NCBI RefSeq assembly: GCF_004010195.1
Contig: NC_057718.1
Location: 105,400,493 to 105,464,492, forward strand
DNA length: 64,000 nt
Origin: Chiloscyllium plagiosum
Lineage: Eukaryota
Direction: 5' to 3'
The translations under genes and the position numbers were made by a program. Positions 1 through 10,829 of this stretch are shown one piece after another. A model generated the notes under the pieces. It saw only the letters and a program-made list of their open reading frames with translations. It had not been told where the DNA came from and did no database searches. How positions within the stretch are numbered: the first letter of the stretch is position 1; every line of letters starts with the position of its first letter.

Positions 1-390
1 GTCAAATTTATGAAAAATTGACTACGGATTTCCCTGAAACTTTTATGTCACAGAAGTGATTAGGTATGATGTGTTTCAAAACGAAAGAATAATCCACTTG
101 TTTACTAGTCCTACTAATTTATTAAAACACAAAGTTAGATATTTCTCTCCAACATTTTTTAAAGTTTAACTTGATTATAATGAAGTCAGCCAGGTGGACC
201 TCACACGTATTCCCTGATTGGGGCTGTTAATATAGTCCAATCTGGGAGCCCTGTCAGACAGATATAAACAGGAATGAAGCACTACCGCAGTTAGGCGGTA
301 GTGTGGGGGTTAAATAAAGGGGAAAAAAAGAGAAAAAAAAAGAATAGCAATGTCAGATATCTCGTTAACTCTAAAAAAAATAGGAATGTC

Positions 391-462
391 GTGATGGTGG
401 TATACTGGCAAGCGTTGCTGCCTTCCATGCAGTTGATCCGGGTTCAATTTCCAGCCATTGCA
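391..462 (+). pseudogene. tRNA-Gly(TCC)-derived sequence, degenerate
   Basis: 72 nt GTGATGGTGGTATACTGGCAAGCGTTGCTGCCTTCCATGCAGTTGATCCGGGTTCAATTTCCAGCCATTGCA is collinear with vertebrate tRNA-Gly-TCC. Anticodon TCC at 424-426. CpG-type decay in the acceptor stem and T-loop. Confidence 0.88.
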
Positions 463-466
463 CCCT

Positions 467-528
467 GGTAGCGTGGCCAAGCGGCTCCAGTCTCTAAGGA
501 TGCGTGGGTTTGAATCCCACTGCTGCCA
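467..528 (+). pseudogene. tRNA-Leu (TAG/AAG class)-derived sequence with a ~20-nt internal deletion
   Basis: GGTAGCGTGGCCAAGCGG|CTCCAGTCTCTAAGGATGCGTGGGTTTGAATCCCACTGCTGCCA matches both ends of vertebrate tRNA-Leu. The D-stem 3' strand and the anticodon are missing. Confidence 0.88.
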
Positions 529-3108
529 TTTGTGTGGATTGCAAGTTGTACTGCCATGAGTTCAGTGTTTAATAGTGCTCTATTTAAACTCTGAGGGAGC
601 TGGATCAGTGTGGGAATGAAGGACTCTGCTCTTTTCCCTGTGTTAGAAGAGGAGAGGAGACTGATTCTGTGTCCTTGCATTAAGGAGGAGTTTATTTTGA
701 AGTTCTTTGGTTTTTTTTCCTTTTATTGTTTATTGAGATTATTTGTTTGTTTGTTTTCTGGCTTTTCTTTTTTTTTGCTTATTTGAAGCTGTGTTCAGCT
801 GCGCAGGCAGCTTATTACAATCACCGCTGCTGCTACAGCTTGGGCCTGCTCCTACTACTGGAGCCTGGACCTTCCCTCACTGTTGCTGCTGCCTGGGCCT
901 ACCTACACCTGGGGCCTGCTGTAACTACTACTGCCTAGGCCCACCCACACCTAGGCCTGTTTCCACTGCAAAAGGAAAAAAATAAATAAATACAAATGTC
1001 CCCCTCCAACTCTATTTTGATTTAATCCCTGCCCTCCCCTCCCCTTATCTGTTTGATCACCCAGCATTGCCTTTAAGAAGGGTACTGCTTGTCACTGGCC
1101 ACTCGGGTGATTCCTTTCTTCCTGGTGGTGGAATATAAATAAAGATGAACACACTCCTTGTTTTTCACTGTGTCCGACACCTGCACAAACACGACATGGG
1201 TGCTGAGGGAAAATAAGCACTACCACTTTCAGGCAGTGGTGTGGGGGAAAAGAGAGAAAAAATATAGCAATGTCAGACATCAGGGCACTGAGGGAGCTGG
1301 ATCAGTGTCAAGGAATTTCCACATGCAAATAAAGGATGATTTGGTGACAGGATACCAGCCCTTATGGAGTTATTACAAGTTTCTCCTATATGATTCAAAT
1401 ATGGCTTGCAACCAGAGGAGGCCATTTGATGCATGATGTTCATGCTGACTGTACTCAGGCTATCACCAACTCCAGAGAATTGGCAGTTCACACAAACCTG
1501 CTTAGTTCGACAGACAGGAACAGTGTAAGATTGGATTGGTCAATGAGAGATTTTGAAACAAAATGAGGAATAATGTTATTAGAAGCATTTGCTCCAGTGG
1601 TGGATAAATATTGGTAGAAGTTTTTAGGATGAGTGGCCTGTTTCAGTATTGTAATAGCGTGCTCAGTATAAGAATTTATTACTCTGGCATTTGGACTGCT
1701 AAAGAACAAATTCATACAAGTACTTGCCTGTCTGTACACTCTGGTAGAGACATGAGGTTTCACATGCCAACTTTCAGTTAGATTGATTTACAGAGTTAAT
1801 GCTTGAATTCTTTGCATGCTGTGATATGACACCCTCAATTGTAAGAAGCAAGCCAGCATGGTCTTCTGGAATTCAGCTTTCAAAGGGCAGAATTGAGAAG
1901 GGGTGGTGAACAAGCAAATAACAAGCCCATCTCAAATCATTCCATATTGGATGGCCCCCAAGTATAATGTTAAAAGTATTTTTAATAACTGTAGAATAAG
2001 GTAGTTTTCTGCACACACGACATGATGTCACAATATCGATGAACACCATCAGATTGGGTGCAGCTTTTTTACTACCAATATGATTTGATACTGAAAATTT
2101 GAAATGAGCTAGGTAGTGATTCACTCCAAGCTCTACAAAATGTATTGCAGTATTGTCTTTCATTACTTCTTTTGAACTCAATTTTTTAAAGTTAACTTTT
2201 TATCACAGTATTCCCCTTTTACCTTGCCAAAGGCTATTATGGGCAGCTGTATTGTGTTCTGAAGCATTCCATTAATTATAATTGCCTGTTTGATCCATTT
2301 TAAGATGCTGCCCATTAGAAAAATGGTAAATTACCTGGTTACCTGTGAGGCATACTGCTTTTTCTTGGAACCTGCAAAGCTTTCTCACTGTCCCTTGTGG
2401 TTTGACTCATGCCTGCTTCCCAGAAATCTGCAGATTTTACTTCATATTGCAAGCACATTTCATTTTACTTTTATTGCCAGCAGGCTGAGAGAGGGGATTT
2501 GGAGCTCTAGCTGCTAATTGCCAGCTTGTAATTTTAATTGGACTGCTTCCCTAAGCACTGTTCTTAAATCAATTAGGCAATGAGTTGTCTGTCACTTCAT
2601 TCTCCTGTGTAGGTCATTTGGAAGCTCACCACCCACAAGAGGTCAAGCACCCAGATGGAAGAGTATTGACATCTGCAATTAATGTCTCTCACTTTTACTG
2701 ATTCCTGGTATCCAATTGTCTTAAACATTCTAAAAACGTAATGACAACTTTCTTCTGCACTACCCCACCACCCCCGGCCATAACATTGCCTTGTTACAAG
2801 TCACAAGACCACAAGTGCCAGTGAATACTGCTCTTCCTCCATAGTTACAAGATTACACAATGTGCTGATTAGTCACTCCTTGTTACTAAGATCAAATGAT
2901 TGCTCAGCATCCATCAACATCTAAATAATTAACCCCTTTTGTTCATGACCTAGTTGTCAAGAGATTAGTGACTGACATGATTGCCTGGTCCTGTAGTATT
3001 TAATTTGGTGCTTTACCTCAAATTAGCATCAAACTGAAACCTTTATAATAACCCAAATTTGTTCTATAACTTTTCTTACTTCACATGTACATTTTCTTCT
3101 TATGACAG

Positions 3109-3297
3109 GTATCATATTTAGAGGAAAGCTGAGACCCACTGAACTCATCCATCAGTATATTCGTTATGAACAAATCGATGAGGCTATTCATATTTTGTAT
3201 GGCATGAACTGGAACACTGTGGGCTCCCAGTGCTACACTTGCCTCATTGCCCTTGTGGATTACCTCCTTAAACAAAAACTTTCACCAGAAAGAGAAG
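3109..3297 (+). CDS. WDPCP: WDPCP (Fritz) internal coding exon, first of 8 in the window
   Basis: Acceptor ttcttatgacag, donor gtagga. Translates (G)IIFRGKLRPTELIHQYIRYEQIDEAIHILYGMNWNTVGSQCYTCLIALVDYLLKQKLSPERE, matching recalled vertebrate WDPCP (QYIHCDEIYEAINILSSMNW...LLRQKLTPERE). 189 nt, phase 1-1. Confidence 0.95.
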
Positions 3298-4314
3298 GTA
3301 GGATATGTTCAAAATCTTACTTTAGCCATGGTGATCTCGAGTTGTTTAAATCTGTTGACTTCCTTTTTGCATGCCAGAAGGCTTTAATAGCTACTGAATA
3401 GGAGTCTTTTAATTATTAAAGCAGAGGCTTGAAACTCATTCATGCCAATAGATTCATTTGATGTGAGCTCAGCAACAATCTAACTAAACCAAACTTGCTG
3501 AATCATTGTAGGGTGCTGCTGCTGCCGCCACAATTCTCCAGACCTCCACACCCTATCAGACTCCACAAAAGAGCATTGTGCACAATCTCTCATCAGTCAT
3601 CACACATGCATGCATTATGATTGGTTGCTGTGCTCAATGCCCCTTCCAGTTTCCTGACCTTGTAGACATCACTCTCCCACATATCTCACAAGCTGGTTGA
3701 AACTATCTATGCTTCACTTCACTTATCCACTCCAAGATGATCTACATCCACATTCGATCTTGGGAACCAGTATGGAGCGATGTTCCTGAACAAGATCTCA
3801 CAGCTAATGTGCTTTGGATCAACGAATGGAAAATACAGCAAGTCATTAACAAGTACCTTATGACAAACACTCTCTGGCAAATGGCAGGCTTTGAACTTGC
3901 ATAATGAGAGGGGGCCTTGCTAAATAGGATTAAGACAAGCCCAGACCCCTGCTCAGTCAACTTCCACCAGTGGGGCATTGGGATAAACACTTTATGAACT
4001 TGTGGAGGGAAGGATGATTCTGCAAATTACCGAAGAGTATCCGCTTTACAGACAAAATCACAAACCTTAAACTCAGCAAATGAGGAGTAAATCACTTGAC
4101 TCAGGGAATTTACATTTGCTAAATAAATAAGCTACAGAAATAACAGTTTGTTTTTTATTAAACTGTCAGCGATGTTATATACACCTCAGGCAAACAGGAC
4201 TTGAACCTGGGCCTTCTGGCTCAGAAGTATGAACACTACTACTAAGAGCTCTTCAAGTTGTAGTGTATAATGTTTTACATGTAGTAAAATTTCCAAAAGC
4301 ACTTCACAGGATTG

Positions 4315-5512
4315 CAGCTGCTCAGGTTACTCTCAATGAACGCTCTGTAGAATGTGGTGAGGATGGGGGTGTGGGAGGTGGGCTTTCCTCAGCCTGCGCA
4401 GAAAGTGGAGACATTGCTGGGCTTTCTTGGCTATGGAGCTGGTGTTGAAGGATCAGGTGAGACTCTCCACCAGGTGGGTGCCAAGAAATTTTGTGCTGTT
4501 CACAGTCTCCACAGGGGAGTTGTCAATATCCAGCAGAGAGTGGTTACTCTGTGCCCTCCTGAAGTCAACAACCATCTCTTTTGTTTTGTCCATGTTCAGA
4601 GACAGGTTGTTGATTCTGCACCAGTCCGTTTGCCACTGCACCTCCTCCCCGTGTGCTGACTCATCATTCCTGCTAATAAGATTCATTACTGTTGTGTCAT
4701 CAGTGAGCCTAATGATATGATTTGAGCTGTGCATTGCTGCACGGTCGTGTGTCAGCACGGTGAACAGCAGTGGACTGAGCACACAGCCCTAGGGCGCCCC
4801 CTGTGCTCAGTGTGATGGTGTTGGAGATGCTGTTCCCAATCCAGACTGACTGAGGTCTCCCAGTCAAGAAGTCCAGGATCCAGTTACAGAGGGGGATATT
4901 CAAGCCCAGCAGACTAAACTTTCCAATCGGTTGCTGAGGAATGATAGTATTAAATGCAGAACTGAAGTCTATGAACAGTAATCTGAGGTAGATGAGGTAG
5001 ATGTCCTTCTTGTCCAGGTGGGTAAGGGCCAGATGGAGGGTGGTGGAGATGGCATCATCTGTTTTTAGATTTAGATTTAGATTCCCTACAGTGTGGAAAC
5101 AGGCCCTTCAGCCCAACAAGTCCACACCGACCCTCCGAAGAGTAACCCACCCAGACCCATTTCCCTCTGACTAACGCACCTAACACTATGGACAATTTAA
5201 CATGGCCAATTCACCTGACCTGCACATCTTTGGAATGTGGGAGGAAACCGGAGCATCTGGAGGAAACCGACGCAGACACGGGGAGAATATGCAAACTCCA
5301 CACAGACAGTTGCCCAAGGCTGGAATTGAACCTGAGACCCTGGTGCTGTAAGGCAGCAGTGCTAACCACTGATGATACGGGAACTGCAGGGTGCCCAGTG
5401 AGGGAGGCATCAGGGTCTTAATATGCTTCATCACAAATCTCTCAAAACACTTCATAATGATGGGTGTTAACGCAATGGGGCGGTAGTCGTTGAGGCAGGA
5501 CACTGAAGACCA
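4315..5512 (-). mobile_element. Rex1/Babar (L2-group) LINE RT fragment, interrupted by an HE1 SINE
   Basis: Minus-strand peptides [42 protein letters not shown]...LTDDTTV...KTKEMVVDFRR. Frameshifted. Confidence 0.85.
5064..5372 (-). mobile_element. HE1-type V-SINE
   Basis: tRNA-derived head, V-core (tgtgtggagtttgca..ttctccccgtgtctgcg), CR1-like tail with (aatct)n-type end. Confidence 0.88.
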
Positions 5513-6020
5513 GGAGCCATTGTAGGTCTTTGTGTTGCTTTACCTGCCAAGGGCGATGCCAGTTGTTGTTTACTATCAGGCTGTTAGAAATGCATTTATA
5601 GATCCATCACAGTTTCATCAACAAGATAAGAAGACAACAAACTTAAACCCAATGCATCAGCTTTCTCACTAGCCATTTCTTTTAAAATGCAATTATAAAG
5701 TTCATAATGTCCTGTACTGCAGTGTCAGCCTTGACTTTTCTTCTAAGATCTTCAAGTGGGATTTGAATCCATAACCTTCTGCCTAAGGTGTGAATGCTTC
5801 TCACTGAACCGGCTGATTGAAGCAAATCGTTTTCATTTTGAGCATCAATTGAACTTAAGGAAACCAGTAAGAGACTTGGAAAAAGTTGCAATTATACAAA
5901 ATAATAGCTCAGAGATGTTTACATATATGTTATTGAAACTTCTATTATTTGGCTTTCAGCCTTTAAATTTTAATTAGTTTATTAAATTCAAAGTAAAATT
6001 GGAGAATGTATAATTTTAGG

Positions 6021-6359
6021 ATTAGAATGAGAATCCCTATAGTGTGGAAACAGGCCCTTTGGCCCAACAGATCCACACCGACCCTCCGAAGAGTATCCCA
6101 CCCAAACCCAATCTTCTACATTTACCTCTGACTAATGCACCTAACCTACACATTCCTGAACACTATGGGCAATTTAGCATGGCCAATTCACCTAACCTGC
6201 ACATCTTTGGATGGTGGGAGGAAATGAGCACCTGGAGGAAACCCATGCAGAGACAGGGAGAATGTACAAACTCCACACAGTTGCCCACGGCTGGAATCGA
6301 ACTCAGGTCCCTGGTGCTGTGAGACTGCAATGCTAACCACTGAGCCACCATGCCACCCC
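6021..6359 (-). mobile_element. HE1-type V-SINE
   Basis: Full-length copy, similar to the other copies in the window. Confidence 0.88.
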
Positions 6360-6624
6360 AATTATTGTGCCTTTTAAAATTTATCTGCCACACTAATAAG
6401 GTGGTAAAAGTTACTGGAGATTCAGCACAGGGGTCAATTATTGCCTTACTTATTAGGGCAACAAAATCAGCTTTGATTTCTGACTCTCACCAAGTATTAA
6501 AAAAATTGATGAAGTAAGTCACCACGAAGGGTATATGTAACTTGAAGCACAAGACTATGGCAGTGATTTTGATGGTCATGTTGTAAGGCTATTTTTTAAA
6601 TGATACAGTACTTTAATTCTGCAG

Positions 6625-6748
6625 CACAACTTGAAGCAAGTCTCGGAACATTTTATGCCCCTACTAGACCCTTGATGGATACAGTTGTATTAGAATACAG
6701 GGATCCAATCAGCCGGTATGCCAGACGTTTTTTTCACCATCTGCTCAG
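6625..6748 (+). CDS. WDPCP: WDPCP coding exon 2 of 8 in window
   Basis: Acceptor aattctgcag, donor gtgaat. Translates (A)QLEASLGTFYAPTRPLMDTVVLEYRDPISRYARRFFHHLL(R), near-identical to recalled WDPCP. 124 nt, phase 1-2. Not in the ORF track. Confidence 0.96.
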
Positions 6749-8118
6749 GTGAATAATCACTGTTTCTTCTTGTTGTTCATTCTTGTTATTTTCATAAACA
6801 CTTGTAGATTAGAAATAATAAGTTGAACCACAAAATACCGATTTCACCTTTTATAATGTGAGTTATAGAGTCATAGAATCATGTGGATCATTTAATATTT
6901 TAACATTTGCAGTATGTTTCAATTTATATAGTACTCACCCAGCTGTGTTGGAGGTCCAGCAAATCTCTCACTGTTATTGAAGAATTGCTAGGTGTTCATT
7001 GGTTCCAGTTTAAAAACTTCTGGTCAAACTTGTGAATTATATATTTTCCCAGTTTCTGATGACAGCAGATTTTCCACTCCTTACACTAAGCTTTTGTGCC
7101 ACACCACTAAACCAAAGCTAGCTTGTAGTGCATGAAATACTGGTCCTAAATTTCCTCATATTAGCCTACTTAAATAATTATTTATAACTGCCTGTGTAGT
7201 TTGACCCTGTGAAGGAACTAAACCTAATGGGGGTTGTGGAAAGTCTAGTAAGCAAGTCTAGTTAAAGGGATTTGCAGTCTTAAAGGGTATGTAGCTGTAT
7301 ACAATAGGCGGTGCATGAATAGTAATCCAATTTTATCAAGCATAGAGAGGGATAAATGTCGTGCATTAAGAAAGTGAAAGGAAGAGTAATGCGAAGGCTT
7401 ATTCTTTGGGGTAGTGATGGAGTAATGCAGCATCTTTTTGTTGGGTGATGACTAGATGTACCACCACAAGGTGTGTGAACCCTCTTCAAGACTTCAGGGC
7501 ATCTCCTGAAAAGGACATCACTGTATGACTGAAATTGGTGATGGGCATCAAGGCTAGTGTTTGGGACAATGTTTGCAAGTCTTGGAAGTAGGTATAGCAG
7601 AAGGCAGCACACTTAAAAAGAATTTGACAAGGGAAGATTGTATAGTATTAGAACAGATTTCAAAAACATTCATTTGTGGGATTTGTGGTGGTAGTATTCT
7701 CATGTATCTGCTGCCCTTCTAGATGGGAGTGGTCATGGGTTTGAAAGATATTGTCTGAGGATCTTGGATGAAGTTGGCATAATGGAAAATATTGTGAGCT
7801 GAATTCTGGCTCTCTCTACTCTCAGCACCACCGCTGGGAAAAAAAGAGAAATGGGAGAGGGGAGCTGAAATTAACACAGCTGGACAGCATGTCAATTTCA
7901 AAGTATTGATCGTGCCAAATATAATGAGTAGTGCAGAGCAGAGTGGAACAGGAATCTTCATTGATGAGAGAGTATCCTTGACGCAGCACAATTTTAAGGA
8001 AGTTGTGCAATTGCTCTGAGCTTGAATAGGGTTGGCCCTTTTCCCACATTACAGACAGAAGATCATGGAACAAAGCAGCCAAGGACAATGGGTGGCTACC
8101 TGCCCAGAAGGAAGGTTC

Positions 8119-8427
8119 AGATTAGATTAGATTACATTACATTACAGTGTGGAAACAGGCCCTTCGGCCCAACAAGTCCACACCGACCCGCTGAAGCGTA
8201 ACCCACCCATACCCCTACATTTACCCCTTACCTAACACTACAGGCAATTTAGCATGGCCAATTCACCTGACCTGCACATCTTTGGACTGTGGGAGGAAAC
8301 CGGAGCACCCGGAGGAAACCCACGCAGACACGGGGAGAATGTGCAAACTCCACACAGTCAGTCGCCTGAGGTGGGAATTGAACCCGGGTCTCTGGTGCTG
8401 TGAGGCAGCAGTGCTACCGTGCCGCCC
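8119..8427 (-). mobile_element. HE1-type V-SINE
   Basis: Same family; small deletion in the A-box region. Confidence 0.9.
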
Positions 8428-8534
8428 CCAATGGTTAGCAATGGGGGCATGAACGTTAGATTTTGGGCCCAGTGACAATTAGAAGAAGCTCCCTTCAGAT
8501 GGCATATCGTACCCTGAGCTTGAGGAGGGCACAA

Positions 8535-8670
8535 TTAGGTGAACTGGCCATGCTAAATTGCAAGTAGTGTTAGGTGAAGGGGTAAATGTAGGGTAATGGG
8601 TCTGGGTGGGTTGCGCTTCGGCGGGTCGGTGTGGACTTGTTGGGCCGAAGGGCCTGTTTCCACACTGTAA
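8535..8670 (+). mobile_element. HE1-type SINE 3' half
   Basis: Matches about 8850-8985 of the adjacent full copy. Confidence 0.85.
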
Positions 8671-8679
8671 AGAAAGAAA

Positions 8680-9005
8680 GGGGCAGCACGGTGGCACAGT
8701 GGTTAGCATTGCTGCCTCACAGCGCCAGAGATCCAGGTTCAATTCCCGCCTCAGGCAACTGTCTGTGTGGAGTTTGCACATCCTCTCCGTGTCTGCGTGG
8801 GTTTCCTCCGGGTGCTCCAGTTTCCTCCCACAGTCCAAAAATGTGCAGGTTAGGTGAATTGGCCATGCTAAATTGCCCGTAGTGTTAGGTGAAGGGGTAA
8901 ATGTAAGGGCATGGGTCTGGGTGGGTTGCTCTTTGGAGGGTCGGTGTGGACTTGTTGGGCCGAAAGGCCTGTTTCCACACTGTAAGTAATCTAATCTAAT
9001 CTAAT
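8680..9005 (+). mobile_element. HE1-type V-SINE, full length
   Basis: Head ggggcagcacggtggcacagtggttagc (A box), B box ggttcaattcc, V-core, (aatct)n tail. Confidence 0.92.
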
Positions 9006-9009
9006 CAAC

Positions 9010-9255
9010 AAAGATGGAGCTACCCAGAAGTGACCAGGGCCCAGTGCCACAGGAGACTGCAAATCTTCATCCTTGCAGATGGCCACAGACCATGTCACTG
9101 TGAAGACCTTATACCTCACGGTGCTAAGTACCATGTATTGCCAGTGGCCATCAAAGAGCCAAAAGCAAAGAGGTTCAATGCTACTATGTATTTAGCCATA
9201 TCTGAAAACCTGCTGCACAACAGTGCAGTTCATGTTCACTAATGCTCTGTTTTCC
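9010..9255 (+). mobile_element. PIF/Harbinger transposase N-terminal remnant
   Basis: ORF 9030-9242 (QCHRRL...EDLIPHG...HVLPVAIK...F.AT...SAVH) resembles the Harbinger pattern QCRRRL...DL.P.G...H.LPVAVKV...FYATG...SQSAVH. Confidence 0.55.
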
Positions 9256-9334
9256 TGAGCTGAAGAGCACATTCATTTAGCAACAAAGACTGGCAAGGAC
9301 AGTGATATTGGCTTTCATATCCATTGCTGGATTT

Positions 9335-9661
9335 GTGAGACCTCTTCTGGAATATTGTCTCGAGTTCTGTTGGAATATTGTTCAGTTATAGGAAGGTTAT
9401 TATTTAAACTGGAGAAGATTCAGAAGAGATTTACCAGGATGTTACCAGGTATGGAAGGTTTAGATTTAAAGAAAGGCTATTTAAGCTGGAACGTTTTTCA
9501 CTGCAGTGTAGGAGGTTGATTGGTGACCTAATAGAAGTTGATAAAATAATGAGGGGTATAGATGGAGTTAATGGTAGGTGTCTGTTCCCTAGGATGGAGG
9601 ATTTCAAGATTGGGGGCATAATTTTAAGGTGAGAGGAGGGAGATTTAAAAAAGATGTGAGG
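9335..9661 (+). mobile_element. CR1/HER1 LINE 3' ORF2 fragment
   Basis: Degenerate RP.LEY...QKRFTRMLPG...RRL.GDLIEV..IMRGID pattern. Confidence 0.8.
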
Positions 9662-9699
9662 GGCATCAATGAAGCAAGTTCCACAAAATGTCATCACAA

Positions 9700-10354
9700 G
9701 AAGTTGAGGTTGTAGGTGCAGCAGGTAATTAAGAAGGCAAATGGAATATTGTCCTTCATTGTTAGAGGGTTGGAGTTTAAAAATAGGGAAGGTATGCTGC
9801 AGCTGTATAGGGTGCTGGTGAGGCCACATCTGGAGTACTGTGCACAATTTTGGTCTCCTTACTTGAGAAAGGATATATTGGCACTAGAGGGGGTGCAGAA
9901 GAGGTTCACTTGGTTGATTCCGGAATTGGGACGGTTGCCTTCAGCGGAGAGATTGAATAGCCTGGGACTGTACTCATTTGAATTTAGAAGAATGAGAGGG
10001 GTTTATTCCCCTCATAATTTTACAGCTTTCTCTAGGATAGAAGCAGGGAGGTTGTTTCCACTGACAGGTGAAACTAGAACTAGGGGACATAGCCTCAAAT
10101 TATGGAGGTGCCGATTTAGGACTGAGATGAGGGTTGTGAATCTGTGGAATTCCCTGCCTGGTGAAGCAGTTGAAACGACATTGTTTTTAAGGCAAAGATA
10201 AATAAGTTTTGAACAGTAAAGGAATTAAGGGTTATGTTGAAAGGGTGGGTAAGTGCAGCTGAGACCACGAAAGGATCAGCCATGATCTTATTGAATGGCG
10301 GAGCAGGCTTGATGGGCTGGATGGCCAACTCCTGCTCCTATTTCTTATGTTCTT
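9700..10354 (+). mobile_element. CR1 LINE 3' end with tail
   Basis: ORF 9716-10201 (LYRVLVRPHLEYCAQFWSP...TRGHSLK...VVNLWNSLP); tail ...cctatttcttatgttctt. Confidence 0.9.
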
Positions 10355-10829
10355 CTGTCCATCCTGCTGTCGGTGTCACTTCTCCATCTCCACCATGACA
10401 TCTTGTTTCCCTCTGGTGTAATGGAAGGCTTTGGCAGAGCTCCTCCTCTAGATACCAATAATTTTGTAATTGTGTGTCCTCAAATTCCACAGTTCGTCTG
10501 TTTCAGGAAAACTGTCACAGTACAGGTCTCGCTCCCATGAAACTCTAAACTTCTATCTTTTATTAGAAGCAGCTTTCTGACCCAAAGCTTGACCTCGCTC
10601 CTGTTTCTCACCCACTGGCAGAAATTGAGCTCCATATTACAATACTTGCAATGCACATTCATACCTCATTAGTGTATCTTGAAGCTACAACATACAATTC
10701 AAAATCTTGCCATACTCACATTTGTCAAGGCCATGATATCACAATTGTTTGTAAAACAACATAGATGCAAGATTGTTCAGTATCAGCTTCCACAATAGCT
10801 TCTTGCTTCTATAACAACAGTGCAGTGTA

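Larger units (their letters stand above)
176..1377 (+). mobile_element. Composite LTR-like element with an internal ~940-bp tRNA-carrying unit
   Basis: CCAAT/ATTGG boxes and TATAAA at 5' (about 217-268). AATAAA (about 1328) and ...TTATTACA end at 3'. Internal direct repeat at 277-361 / 1215-1281. Motif ctgagggagctggatcagtgt occurs at about 591 and about 1288. Confidence 0.55.

Noticed and set aside
280..320. Helitron 3' end
   Set aside because: A hairpin is present, but there is no CTRR terminus at the expected distance and no clear 5' TC / AT target.
391..528. Functional tRNA genes
   Set aside because: The Gly copy has D-loop, T-loop and stem mutations and the Leu copy lacks its anticodon, so both are reported as pseudogenes.
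3102..3401. 99-aa ORF as a stand-alone gene
   Set aside because: It is a WDPCP exon read through into flanking intron; similarity stops exactly at the splice sites.
8263..8882. Recurrent short ORFs (...[30 protein letters not shown] and similar)
   Set aside because: Conceptual translations of HE1 SINE copies, not proteins.
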